Source: Nageia nagi
Lineage: Eukaryota > Plantae > Pinophyta
Assembly (NCBI GenBank): GCA_050084985.1
Contig: JBITNC010000001.1
Location: 81,406,001-81,470,000, forward strand
Length of the DNA: 64,000 bases
Direction: 5' to 3'
Both the position numbers and the translations under genes were made by a program. Under the pieces are notes generated by a model, which had not been told where the DNA came from, searched no databases, and saw nothing but the letters and a program-made list of their open reading frames with translations. Below, in pieces: positions 24,541-38,674 of the stretch. Each line of letters starts with the position of its first letter. The first letter of the stretch is position 1.

Positions 24541-27500
24541 TTCAACCCATTCATATTAAGCAAGATAATGAAGGAATTTAATGTTCAAATTTGAATTCCC
24601 TTTTTGGTCGTATCTTACTTATATACATAATTTCTCCATTGGATACTATGCGATGGAATGATTCTTCACCTATCGATATTTATTTCCTTTTACATACATT
24701 TAGTTGAGATTTAATATTCATAATATAACCATATCTTCCTTGTATACATAAATATGGTCACCTATATCTTTTTGATAAATTTCATTTATGTTTTCCTAAT
24801 TCTTTGAGTGGAATGTGACCTATCAAATTTCTTGAAGTCTCCAATACTCCGCCTTTTGTACCTATAAATAGGACTTAGTTTTCCTTTGTAAACTAATGGA
24901 TAAGAAATTAACATAATATTATGCAGCCCATTTTATCACTCATAATGGAAAATATTTCATTTTCTCTACAACTCTTTATTTTTATTCTCTTCATTTGGTT
25001 GAGTGATTGGCTATGACTCAACATCTTTGTGTAGATATCGTAAAGCTAGTTTGAGGTATTTCTTATTGTTAATTCTATATTTTAGTTAATGGGTATTCGT
25101 CAAATTTTTATTTTATACTTTCAATAGTGATATATCTTGATTTACATTCTTATTTCCCTATTTTAGATCTTAAACAAGTTTGAACACTTAAGTATTCAAC
25201 TTAGCTCTTTGGTCTCATGATTTTCATTGTTTAAATGACATCCAAACTATATTTTCCTCTTTAAATATATTTTAATATATTTTTAAGGTGCTTTATAGCA
25301 TTGTTGTACCTCCATCTTCAAGATAGAACATGTTTCAGGCTTCTTGGGAATGTTTCTTGCTCATTGAATGTATTTTGGTGCCTTATCATATCGTATTGTG
25401 CTTACAACACCATGTTCATTCTTTTTTTGATGCTATTTATATATTTGTATAGCATTCAATAATTTTCTTGCCTTATCCCATTTATCTCAATCTTATTTTG
25501 ATATCATTGCTCTCGTCATCCAAAATTCAATACCTTATTGCCTTACCATACTTTCTTCGATCTTTTATTAATATCATTTATCTTTCTACCTAGTACTTAG
25601 TGTATTTCTTGTAGTTCCTTGATATATTAATCCTTTTGTTGATATCACTATTTTTATCATGCGATACTCAACATTATTATCCCTATTCCATATTGTGATT
25701 TAATATATTTGTTGATATCATCCTTGCAAAAGTGTTACATTTCCCTATTTTCTTTGCATGTCACATCATGACTACCTTTTTGTTGATGTCATCATCTTAA
25801 AAGTATTGCATTCCACTTTTTACCTTATCTTGCATCACCATAGAGCTTATGCTAATATCATCAGCCTCAAAGTGTGGTAATCTATCTTTTGCACTATTTG
25901 TTATCATGATAACTCCTTTCTTCCATACAACAACTTTGTTTGACTGCAACTACTACCTTATTTGATCATTACTACTTCATATTTGATTATGTTAATACTT
26001 TTATTGATCATGACATCTCAAATTCTTCAAATACTTTAAAAAATAACTCAAAAAAAAATATTTTTCTTCATATCTTAGTAAGTTAAGTACAAAATTTCTT
26101 CCTTTTTATTTTTTTTTTCTCCTCATTCTTTACTCATGATCAATAATCTTCTCATTATCACTACTACTTCTTTACCACATAAAATACAAAAACTCAAAAA
26201 ATAACAAAAATACTTTCTCATGGTGTTTCATATTTCCATAGGCTATTTTAATGTGTCCATAAAACTTACAAACCTTTTAAAAATACCATACATAATATTT
26301 CATATTATGTTACGCTTTGGACTTATTTATTCTCCCCCTTTAATAAAAATATGTTGAACTTCATTACCCATTATACTTATGCTATTATGAATACCCAACT
26401 CTATATTGAGACTCCATACCTCATACTATCAACTTCTCAAAGTTAATACATCTTATGTCAATGCTCATGCTCAATACCTAACCATTAAATTAACCTTACT
26501 TTCATCAAAGCTATCTACCTCAAGAAGTGTCAAATAATTATTAATAAATACATAATGCACTTTTACCACCTCATATTTTATAACATCAACCTATAGAGTA
26601 CTCCCATACACTCTAAGATGGTCACATTTTGTTTATTAAATACTATATCAGGAGATAATTAATCTTACTAGACATGAAACTCACTTGATGATAAATAAAG
26701 TCTTGTTTCATATAACTTGCTTTAAAATATAAGATTTTATCCATCTTAATTATATGTTCAATACTTAAACATTCATTTGATTTTCTCATAGGCATATGCA
26801 ACACAACACTAGTAGTTCCAACAATAATTCCAACATGTTACTCAATAATTTAAATTGCATCAAATATGATAAAAAACCATAATTTATAAACTTACTTAGC
26901 TTCACAACCACAAGGCCATTCGCAAATGACCTAAAATTCTTAGTAGATTCCTCCTCTTATAGGATTAATAACCATCACTTTTATCTCTTCAAATATGTTC
27001 ATTGTTAAGAAAACAAAAATATTTAATGCCATGTTAAAATATCAATTTCATAAATATTAGGAATGTCCTCAACATAGCTTACAAATAATCAAAATTTGGT
27101 TTGTAGGTAGTTTAAAACCACATAAAAAGACTACGAATGGTTCAAAAGTGCCAGTACAAGATCACGTACAATCTAGTTATGTAATTTTAATACGACAAAT
27201 TAAAGGTGGTTAGGATTTATTCAATAAAATATATCTAAACTAAGTATGATTAAGAAAAATAACTTATAAAATGTAAGCAATGAAACCTAAAAAATAACAA
27301 TATAATAATAACGAAAGATAGCATAATAATAACATAATATTGATAAATCTACTAAAATAGCATGTACAATAGGGTGTGTATAGCAACATGTACTTTATCC
27401 CACTCACAATGTGATCTCATTCATGTAGCTTCAAGAAACTATTCTATGATATAATATGTAATGGGTACACAAACCATCAATTTCTAATGATATTAATCTT

Positions 27501-27639
27501 CCATAATATTTTGTAACTTGAATGTCTCTCTTTATATTCTTTAATATATTCGTGTGAATATCTATTAATTATCTTATCTTCTTTTTTTTTTTTCTTTTTT
27601 TTTTCTTTTTTAGAATCAGTAATTTTCAACAAATATCAT

Positions 27640-29850
27640 ATCAAATAGACCTATATTATGCTCTTGATCAACAAGCCTAAACATAATAAGGTATCAATTT
27701 TAAGGTTAAATACTAAAATTATGTTATAATAAATTTTATAATATTATATCATTTTTCAAGATAGAGGATTTATGATAGAGTACAAAGGGGTTATCCATTC
27801 AATACCACTTATAACAAGTCCACAAATTGCTCTAAATGTTCTTTCAAATAGGTCTTAATTCTCCATTAAATAAAACACACCAAGAGATCAAAGATAAATG
27901 ATATACAATAGTAAACTTACTACTATAAGTAGTAAGAAACATACACTATCAATAATACATCTTTTATAACTCTTTAACAAGGTTACATAGATATTAGGAT
28001 TGAGTCCATAATGATCTTATCAACTATTCTAAACTAGTGTTATATTAACAACTCTAATATCAAAGTTCAATTTCTTAACTTAAAACTTGCTCTTTAAAGA
28101 ATAATAATTCCTTAATGATATGCCTTGTATTTATAAGAAAATACTCTTTATCTTTGAAGAGTATTAGCCTAGCATATTAGCCATGCTCTCAACTAATGGT
28201 TGAAGAGTCTTGATCCAAAGGGTACAGACTTTGATCATAAAGGTGAATAAATACTTTAGGTATCTAAATAATGTTCTTCCTGATGTTATAAGTATTAATA
28301 TGACTATTAATACTTCAATCATTTAGGTCAAATATTATCCTAAAATTATATTTATTTTTTAAACTAATTTGTTATATTAAAAGGATAGGGAAACATAATT
28401 AACATTCTATTTAATATTTAGAAGTATTAATAGAGTCTTATTAATACACTAAATATTAATTAGAAACTATTACTCAATGTTGCATTATTTTTCCAACATT
28501 CCTCCTTAATGCAATATTGGGTTAAGTAAATAAACAAGTTTCTCATCCTTAATGTACACTCAAATATTAGAAATAAATAAGGAACCTAATAAAGGAACTT
28601 TACAATATAACCATAGTTTTATACAAATTCCATTAACCAATGAATGTTTGTAATGAACATATTAAATATCCATCTACAAATATTTGTATGATCTTCACTT
28701 TGTTTATAGGGACTAGTTAACTTCATAAGAAGTTGGTACTCCAATAAATAATAGGTATACTTTTAATCATAATGTTTCTTGCATAAATAAGGTCCTTCAA
28801 CCAAACTATTGACATGGATAGCCTTCATGAGCTTGTATACTTCAAAAGTAATATGCAATGTCACAAATATCTTATATAAAGAAGATCAATTATATTTAAA
28901 TCATAATACAAATATTCAATATAATAAGATATATGAACTAAAATATATCATCTAAAAATATTGATCAAGTTATGTACTATAATTCATCATAGAGATGCCA
29001 AGCTAAAGTTACAGACACCTATTCTACAAACATGTAAATGTGAGATCATAATACCTTATATAACATTAGTTAATAATTGAATATCCAATCTAACAAGTGG
29101 TTAAGTACAATAAGTTGAGTCCCACTTTGGAGGAAGTAATGGGACTTATTTTTTTAGCATAGGTTCAAGATCCCATTCCCCTAGGATCTCAATTTTGTTT
29201 GGGATCCTTGAGCCTAATCAAGATCCTAGTTCAAGATCTCGAGGGCGATCAAGATCCCTCCCCTTGGGATCTTGGTCACAAAGAGTATAAATGCATGAAA
29301 TCACCCTCAATATCTCATCCCTCAAGATCTCAATACTCTTAGGATACCAATCCTTAAATTTAAAATTTTTACTCACCCTTTTGGCTTAAAATTAGGTTTA
29401 ATGACCCAACCTATTATAACTAAAATGATAATTATTAGGGTTATTTATAGAATAATTAAATTCTCTAATTAAATATGAAAAGTAAGAAATTGATGACATG
29501 AAATATGATAATGACCTAATTGACCTTTCCTTATTAAAATTGAATTTATAGAAGATACAAACATGTACTTTACCTATGATGATGAATGTAGGTGAAATTT
29601 GATTGAAAGAGGATGAGTAATGAACTTCCTCAAAATATAGAGCCATCAATATGATCTCAACCCAATGATTGTTCCCAATTACTATTATAGAATACCTCAC
29701 CCTTTCACTTGATATTGTTATACCACCTTTTATGTCCCAAATCTCAATCACGAAAGAATGAAATATAATAGGAATGTAGAGCTCATAGTATAACAAAATA
29801 TAGAGATGATACATGGTGTTAAGAAACACTAATCAAGATTGAAACAAGTA
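27640..29850 (-). mobile_element. Heavily decayed minus-strand copia remnant (3' LTR, PPT, RT/RNase H fragments)
   Basis: rc ...gcattaaggaggaa|TGTTGGAAAA gives PPT plus LTR start at 28498; RT/RNase H-like fragments at 28640-29080 and 29550-29850. Boundaries approximate. Confidence 0.55.
29099..29400. mobile_element. Fragment of a TIR element related to 20314-21413
   Basis: Starts ggttaagtacaataagttgagtcccactt; shares taggttcaagatccc and ggatctcaatttt subterminal motifs; second terminus not found. Confidence 0.55.
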
Positions 29851-30469
29851 TATTTCCACCTACCAAGGATTCAATATTTTATCATAGCATATCATATCTT
29901 TGATCATGCACAACCCCTCCACCTTTATAGGTAATAGTTCTAGTGCTAAGGCTCATCCTTAGGCTTATTGTGATGTCGATATGACTTATTACCATAAAAC
30001 ATAAAGGTAGATGAGATTGCACATATAAAAGAGCATTTATTTAATAAATTAAATAAATTATTTAAAATATATAAAAGGGTACTTTAATTAAATCAAAATT
30101 CTTTTTTAGGTGTTAACAAATGCACCACTTTGAATATGTTTTGATGCTTATGAGATAAAAGAAAATTAAAGCATGAATTCAAAGTATAACAAAAAAAGTA
30201 ATAAGATACTACCTAAAAATTTGTGACATGGAGATAGCTTTATATGCCCCATGTTGTGTGTATGTTATGTCCCCTCTTTGACTTGGTTGCAACATGATGG
30301 ACCTCTCATCATAGGACCAATCCAAGGCAAAGAAAAAGGTACCTAAAAAGATCTTATATAAGAAATGTTTTGTATAATATATATAAAATAAAAATATTGA
30401 ATCACATGATATGGAAAGTATGATAAGATAAGAAAATATGTACTTGGTGACTTACCCACCAAGATGAAT

Positions 30470-30800
30470 GAAAAAGATGATAAATAATTTAGATTGATCA
30501 GCTTGGTTTCCCAAGCAACCATGTTGCCATGGATTTTGATATGAATAGCCCTTCCTTACAAAGGTACCAAATGATAAGATTGACCCTTCTTTAAAAAGGA
30601 ATCAAATGATAAGAATTATCATCTTCATTTTAGAAGCCATCATGTTTCCATGGATTTTCTTATAAGAATGCCCCTTCCTTAAAAAGGATACCAATGATAT
30701 GAGTGATCAACTTGGATTCCCAATCCACCATGTTACCATGGATTTGCTAATAAGAGTACCCCTTACTTACAAAGGAGTCCAATGATAAGAAATAATATGG
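30470..30800. repeat. Degenerate tandem repeat (~85-120 bp), probably from the 3' region of a minus-strand Tat/Ogre-like element
   Basis: ccatgtt.ccatggattt and ccctt.ctta.aaagg...aatgataaga recur 3-4 times; PPT-like rc aaagtggtgcatttgt at ~30116-30131. Confidence 0.6.
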
Positions 30801-32033
30801 TATGAAAACATTTTGGTCAAATGATAAAAATTTGGTATGATAAGCATCAATTTTAACAATGACAAATAAGATTTTGATAAGCATGCATTTGAACAAAGAA
30901 ATATTTTGACAAATAATTGTTAAGCAAAACATGATAAGCATGAAAAGCAATATATATTACAAGTTATGCAATTTTTATTGCAACATTTATTGATAAGAAA
31001 CAATATTCATTGATAAATAATTGATAAGATATGCAATCAAGTAATGGATAAGCAATTTTAGTGATATGGTATTTATCTAAAATAATTAATCAATACATAC
31101 TTATAAACATAATAATGATAAGCATTTATGACATAACAAATAGGAAAAATAACCTTTCTAAAATGCATTTGTAATTTTTGAAACATGATAAGGTATACAA
31201 AATAAGATTCTAGTTTGTTTTTGATCAATTGTGATAAATAAATGAAAAGCAAAAGATGTTTTTCCATATTTAAGTGTATAAACAAAATATTAAAAAAGAA
31301 AACACATTTTAAATTATCAGTATAACCTAGCAGTAGCACTAGGAAGGTGGTATCATTGTTGGGTTAAGGAATCAATTTTCATTAAAGGAAAAGTTTGATA
31401 GGTCTATGCCATATCTATGAAGTGAAAAAGAGTAATAATTTCAAGAACATTGTAGGTAACACAAAATTTGATGATAATTTCATTTCAATTTTGAACAATT
31501 TTCCCCAAGGGGGATTTTTGATGAATTACATGAGAAGAACAAAATTTAGGCATAAAATTTGAAAAAAAATGGGGATATGAACCCAATGGTAGCACTAGAA
31601 TGGAGTGTTGTCACACAACTAAATGCATAGAAGGGTGTCGAGTAGAAGAGAAAAGATGGGAAAGTGAATGGTTGATGAAAAAAAAAAGTTTTGTTTAGGT
31701 TTATTGATGAGGATTATTAATCAATTTTGAAAAAGGGATTTCTAATTTGGTTATAAATAGGTAGAATTAGATTTTATTTGTACATTCTCAATTTGGCAAA
31801 TGAAGCTTTGGTCTACAAGGTTTTATGTATCCTACTTAGCTTATGGACGGATTATGGTGCACTATAGGCTTTGTTATTGCATTGATTGGTGATATGTATA
31901 ATCAAATAACTTTTTAATAGGACCATGACTTGTTAGTTATTTATTCTTCTCTTGAGGGAAATTATATACCAAAACTTTTCTTATATTTTTGGTTTATGAA
32001 ATATTTAAAAGATTTTTGACAATTCATTTTTTC

Positions 32034-35000
32034 TATTAGGATCCTATATCCTAACATTTACTTAGATTATAATAGTTCATTAATTAGAATATTAATTTAT
32101 ATTAAATATAACAAGATCGACATATTTGTGAGGTGAATTTCCATTTTAATTAAGCAACCAATTAGGGTTAGGGTAGGTAGACTATAAATATGTGTAGGAA
32201 TAGAATAGTTAGCATCTTGGAAAATATATTGTTTGAGTTGTAAGGAGGTATCCCCCTCAAAGTGGCCTGTGATTCATTTTGGTTATTTAGTAAAGTGATT
32301 CTATTATTATCTTTCTCTATTTGCATTTATGTTTCTTATGTTGTAAGATTGAGATACATTTTGTTACTATTTTCAATGTTATTTAGTGAGAATCTCATTT
32401 AGGAACTTGCAAGTTCCTAACATCTAGTATCAAATTTTCATAAGTTGTGGATGCAATTCAAATTTGATGAGAATAAATATACTCTCAAAGGAATTAAGAT
32501 GGGGAAATAACAAATTATTAGTTCACATTGCATGGAGAAACTATTGATGATAAGAAGTAAGGGAATGGTGGGACAACTATTCTCTATTTAGCTAGTCCTA
32601 CAAGACTCACTCAAAGTACAAGAATTATAATAGGTACTCATCCATGATACTAGATTCTTTGAATAACCCTACAGGTTTCCACCTCATCACCCTCATGACC
32701 ATGCAATCCAATTAATTCCTGGGAGTCAACCACATAACATTTAACTTTACCACTACCCCTATCTCTAGAAGGATGAAATATAAAAGCTAGTTGAAAATAT
32801 GTTAGAAGTTGGTATCATTCACCCAAGTGTGAGTCATTACTCTTCTCTGGTTCTATTGGTTCATAAAAAATATTGATCATGGTGTATGTACATTGACTTT
32901 CAAACTCTAAACAAAATCACCATCAAGGATACTTTTCCCATTCCAATCATTGATGAACTATTAGATGAAATCCATGGTGCCAAATATTTCTCCAAGTTAC
33001 ATCTTTGATCTGGGTATCATCAAATTTGGCTTCACAAGGAAAACATCTTCAAAACTTCTTTCCACATGCATGAAGGTCATTATGAGTTCCTAGTAATGCC
33101 CTTCAACGTTACTAATACTCCTTCCACCTTCCAAAGTTTGATGAACTAGGTATTCTATCCCTATCTTTGAAAATTTATTTTAGTTTTCTTTGGTGATATT
33201 TTGATCTATAGTAAAACTTGGGAGGGTCACTTGTCCCAATTAGATAAGACTTTCCAACTCATCCATGAGAATCAATTGTATGCCAAGCACTCAAAATATT
33301 TCTTTAGCTGGCAAGAGCTCAAGTACCTTGGAAACATTATTTTAGAAGAAGGTGTCAAGGTTGACCCACTAAATATTGAGGATATGCAAACATGGTCTCT
33401 CCCTAAATCCTTTAAAATTTTACAAGGCTTCCTTAGATTGACAAGGTACTACCATAAGTTTGTGAAACATTATCAAAAGATTGTAGCCCCACTCATAGCA
33501 TTGCTCAAGAAGAATTCTTTTGATTGATTAGCAACTAAAATCCTTTTAGCAATTGAAGTCTACCATGTGCTCTACTCTAGTATTGGCCATGCAAGATTTC
33601 TCTAATACATTCATCATTGAGAGTGACGCCTCTAAGGTTAGAATTAGATTCATGTTGATCTAATAAGGTGTCCCTTGGTTTTCATAATCAAGGCCCTCTC
33701 CACCATATTTTGAAATGCTTATTGGATTAACACATCTCCACCCTATAATAATAAAAGTGGATCCTTAAACTCTTGGGGTATGACTATGAGATTATTTATA
33801 GAAAGGGTAGTGAGAATATAGTTTTTGATGTTCTTTCACAAAAATTTGAGGACCCAATGGTAATTTAAGCCCTTTCATTCCTAGTTCCTAACTCACTCAA
33901 CCAAGTTAAAAAAGAATGGCTCCATGATAGTTTCACCCACTCAGTGATTCAATAATTATAGATAGATCCAATGAGTAAACCCCCATTCTCTTGGCATGAG
34001 GGAATTTTACGATTCAAAGGTCATATTGCATTACTAGAGAACTCTTCATATCACAAGATGATACTTAAAGAGTTGCATGCTATACCAATAGCTAGCCATT
34101 TTGGATTTTTAAAAACCTATAAACAAGTAATCCACTCTTTTTATTGATCGAATATGAAATAGGACATCAAAAAGTTTATATCTAAATGTGATGTTTATTA
34201 ATGAAAAAAATTAGAGATAGTGGGAACCCCCAGACTACTTTAGCCTTTAGCCATAAAAGAGCAAACTTGGAAAAACATTTTAATGGATTTTATTGAAGGT
34301 ATTCCAAAATCATATGGTAAAGTTGTTATCATGGTAGTAGTGGATTGACTCTACAAGTATGCATACTTCTTTCTATTGGCACATCCATACAAGGCCATCA
34401 ATGTTGCCAAACTCTTTCTTGATAACATTTTCAAACTCCATGGCATACCTTCTACCATTATTAGTTATCATGATATAGCATTGATCAAAAAATTTTGGCA
34501 ATAATTTTTAAAATTCTAGGGCACTATAATCAATATGATATTTTCTTATCACCCCTAGATAGATGATCAGATAGAGATTGTTAATAAATGCTTGGAAACA
34601 CATCTTCATTTTTTTTTCTTTATCCCAATAAATTCATTGGGTAAAATGGCTTCCTTCAGTAGAATGATGATACAATACTTCATATCATACTTCTCTCACA
34701 ATGACCCCCTATGAAGCTCTATATGGCCAACCCCAATCCATGATCATCTCTTACATTCCAAGTAGCACCAATATCTAAGCAATCAACACCACCTTAACCA
34801 ATCACATATACATCATTTGCATCCTTCATAAAAATCTTCAAGTGGCTTAACATCAAATGAAATAATAAACTAGTCAAGAACTAGTTTAAAGGTAATTCCA
34901 AGAAGGACACATGGTTTTCTTATAGCTCCAACCATAATGGTAGACATCTCTCAAATTAAAAGGTTCTCAAAAATTGGCTCCACAATTTTATGGACCTTAT

Positions 35001-35735
35001 AAAATACACCAACATATTGGCCCTATAGCATACAAATTGGCACTTCTAGCATCATTCAAAATTCATTTTATTTTTCATTTCTCCTACCTTAAGCAAGTAT
35101 TCGACTCTTAGGCCATATTTTAGATGGAATTACCTAAATTCACTGAGGAGGGTTCCATCATGGTTGAACGTGAGGCCATTCTAGACCAATGCACATACCA
35201 GCTTTGCAATTGGACTATTACTAAAGTTTTTATCTAATTACACATATTACCTCCTAAATATGCAACTTGGGAGACATACATCATCTTCATCAACAATTTT
35301 CTAATTTTCAGCTTTGAGGACAAAGCTCTCTTTAAGAGGGGTGGGATGTTAGTATCCCATATCCTAACATTTACTTAGATTATAATACTTCATTAATTAG
35401 AATATCATCTTATATTAAATGTAAGGGTATCAACATATTTGAAAGAAAAATCACCATTTTGTATTGAGTGATCAATTAGGGTTAGGGTAGATGGACTATA
35501 AATATGTGTGCGAATAGAATATTTATCATCTTGGAAAATATATTATTTGAGTTGTAAGGAGGTATCCCCCTTGAAGTGACCTACGATTCATTTTGGTTAT
35601 TCAGTAAAGTAAATATGTCATTATCTTTCTCTATTTAGATTCATGTTGATTATGTTGTGATATTGACATATATTTTGTTACTATTTCACTATTATTTAGT
35701 GACAATCCCATTTAGGAACTTGTAGGTTTCTAACA
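32034..35735 (+). mobile_element. Ty3/gypsy chromovirus (Reina-like), 389-bp LTRs, gag/protease missing
   Basis: LTRs 32034-32422 and 35347-35735; PBS-like TAGTATCAAA at 32425; PPT aagaggggtggga at 35334-35346; no TSD. Confidence 0.9.
32670..35317 (+). pseudogene. Gypsy pol remnant (RT, partial RNase H, integrase, chromodomain)
   Basis: HDHAIQLIPGSQP; GYHQI; [12 protein letters not shown]; VFFGDILIYSKTW; MDFIEGIPKS; FYGPYKI; C-terminal EAILDQ...LPPKYATWE. Confidence 0.9.
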
Positions 35736-36050
35736 ATAGGTTCCCCAAAAAAGTAGTTGAAGGGAAAATTTGATACAAGGAATGGATAGGAAAGAAACCT
35801 AATATCTCACATTTAAAGGTCTTTGGATGTGAAGTTTTTTCCTTCATAGTTTGTGATAAAAGGAAGAAGTTGCATAATAAGTGAGAAAAATGCATCTTTA
35901 TCCTTCAATAAAAGCAATTTTTGTTTCAATGGATTTCAAGTTCAATGAGGTTCCTATTGGCCCTTCTTCAAGTGTTATCTTTAAATACTCTTTAGAAATT
36001 CCTAAGTGGTTAGATATATCTTCAAATCAGTCACCTTAATGTAACAAACC
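35736..36050 (+). mobile_element. Copia integrase C-terminal fragment
   Basis: YKEWIGKKPNISHLKVFGCEVFSFIVCDKRKKLHNK*EKCIF at ~35773-35900. Confidence 0.8.
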
Positions 36051-38674
36051 ACCCAAACACTCTTATTGATACCCTCATGACCTCAGGAAATTGAAATGAA
36101 GTTTGAAATAATTTATGATATGAAATGAAATATAAATAGATATATGCATCATTTTTTTCATTTTGATTTTGGCTTCAAGGTTATTATGACACAGGTAACA
36201 AATTGACTCAACATGGGAGTTAGTTTGGAGATCACAAGGAACCAAATATGAGTTAGTTATGGGAATGGATTGGTAAGAGTGAGGAAATGATTGGCATTTA
36301 ATTATTGATAGCCATAAGGAATTTCATAGATCATATAGATGTATATCTTAATTATTGTATATAATATTCGATTTTGATGTTGTGTGTATGTATGCACTTA
36401 CAAATTACCTTGTAGAATGAGTGGTCAATATAGGTATATGTGAGTTTTAAAAATAAATATCATATGAATTTTGAAATTTGATTTGAAAATTATTTGATTA
36501 TTTTCAAATGAATCAAGGAATATTCCTGTAGACACCTCAAAATTGTTCATTCATCTACTTTAAATGATTCAACCTATTTTTCAATTCTTTATGATCCCAT
36601 CATCCCTTAATCTTATTTTGATCCCATTTGCATGGTTAATTTTTGTAGCTTGAGCCTTTGTTATCACTTTGTGACCTTGGATCCTAATCAACCCATTGAT
36701 TAGGGGATCAGTTGATCGATTAGGTTAAAACCCTAACTAACCCACCAACTAAACCTGTATAAAATTCAATTCAAAATTAGAGTTCCCAACTCCTTCCATT
36801 GAATCTTGCAATGAAAAACTCATGAATTCCTATTGTCCATGCATATTTGGAACTATCCATTCAAGATTTTAACCAAGATTCTCTCACTTGGAACCATACC
36901 CATCACTTCCAAAGCAACAAAAAATGAATTCATGTCCTCTTCTTGCAAGGGAACCTTGGGTAATGCATTCTTGGCCTTTGTTTTATGGATATAATGATTG
37001 TTTTGAGTGTTTTTACAAGATCTTGAGGAGACGTAAAAACAAGGTTAATCACATATATCCTTTTTGTATTTTTTATAATTTATTTTGGTGCATGGTTGCA
37101 TACTAGTTATTTTAGGCTAGTCCCTTGTTGATTTAGGTTAGGGTCATCTAGTTTTTTTTACGCTTATTAATCTAGTTTAATCTTTAGCTAGCTTGCATTA
37201 TAGACATTATTCCATTTTCATTTGCCTTATTCATTCAAGATGGGGGGATTATAATCTCATTAGCTCTCTTTGAAACTTTCTTCTGTGTTTTTTGGATATC
37301 TCTATACATTGAATTGGGTTGATTTTTTTAGGGAACATTCCTAACATATCTTACACAAATATCTAAAAAATTTGGAGTATGAAATTTGGAAGAGTGGTAG
37401 TCAATTTCCTATAGATCGATTGGTAGATCTTAATCAACTTTTAGTAGATTAATTAGGGTTTTGGACATTTGAACTATCAATCAATTCTTACCCCATTGGT
37501 TCCTCTTTTTAGTTGGTCTAAATAGTATCAATTAGAGTTGTTTAGGTTTTTAAGCTAGGTTTTTCTCATTTTTTACAACTCTCATATATTTTTAACCTTG
37601 TAATTAGGTGGTAGTAGTCCTCTACTAGCATTTTAGTTACTAGGTTGTACATGTAATGCTTATTTGATTCATTTTTTTAATTCAAGTTTTTAAATTTCTT
37701 TGAGTACTACTATGATCAATTGGTTGACTAATTGATCATCCCACTAGTTAGTCCTTACAGCCATCTTTCAATAGATCAACTAGGTTCAAATTTTGTAACA
37801 CATATTTTTCACATGTTGAGAGCTTGGAGCTAGAGTTTCCCAAGCCATTACCCCTCTTTTTTCATGATTTAAGTTAGTACTTGTGTACTAAGTGCATTTT
37901 TAGGATTACAATCTTATTTCATTTTGTCCTTATTTTTGCTAAGTAAAGAAAAGAAATGAAAAATCTAAAGAAAAATGAAAAGCTATTTCATTTTGTTCTC
38001 CTACTTGCATTAGTTAAAATCATCCTTAGGTGGGAGTGCCTTTATTTTAAAATCATTTTTCATTTTACAAAGGAAAAGAAAAATATTGGAAGTTTTAGTT
38101 TCATTTTCCACACATATAAGTTGCATTCCATATTGGCTTTATCATACATACATTTTAAAGTCCACACAAGCCTAGGGAATATCTAGGGTATGTGGACTTC
38201 ATCACCATGACCTAACCCATACATGGATTTCATCACCAAGGTGGGAGTCCCCTTCTATCTAGCGAGCAGTCAATAGAGGTACTTGAGACACCCTTGCAAA
38301 ATGATCTACACCCCTAGAGATTGATCCTTACCTAAAAATGCTTGATTAGATTCATCTTTAGGGAAACTAATAAGAGTCAAAATTTACAAGTTATTTAAAA
38401 TTTAGTCTCATTAAAAATATAATATTCCTAATTGAATAAGAAGTGATTAGACAAGATAATTACTATTGCTATCTTCCACACTATTGCTATCTTGCATATA
38501 GGAAAGATGTCTTGATATCATATTAGGGTTGTGTGCCTTAATTTTTGCATCTACTAAGAAGAGTTTAACAACATTATAGGATTTGTGTTTCTTTGCTTCC
38601 ACTTATGTGGCACCATTGGGATACTTTTATTTATGCCCCTTAGTTTGTTTTAATATTTTTTTTATGCTCTTAAA

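Larger units (their letters stand above)
18662..26029 (+). mobile_element. Ty1/copia LTR retrotransposon 2, decayed, integrase core deleted
   Basis: LTRs ~18662-19894 and 24569-26029, both ending aattcttca; PBS TGGTATTAGAGC at 19897-19908; TSD not clean (CATAT/AATAC). Confidence 0.9.
11204..27631 (-). mobile_element. Old non-autonomous LTR element (~0.6-kb LTRs, ~1.45 kb own internal sequence), host of two copia insertions
   Basis: 5' LTR 27032-27631 aligns with split 3' LTR 11204-11288 + 17645-18207. Degenerate PBS TGGCATTAAAT (rc 27021-27031), PPT TCAAAGGGGAGCA (rc 18208-18220), TSD GATAT (11199-11203)/AATAT (27632-27636). Confidence 0.7.

Noticed and set aside
29398-29829. 143-aa minus-strand ORF as a host gene
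   Set aside because: AT-rich composition, non-ATG start, overlaps decayed copia RT sequence.
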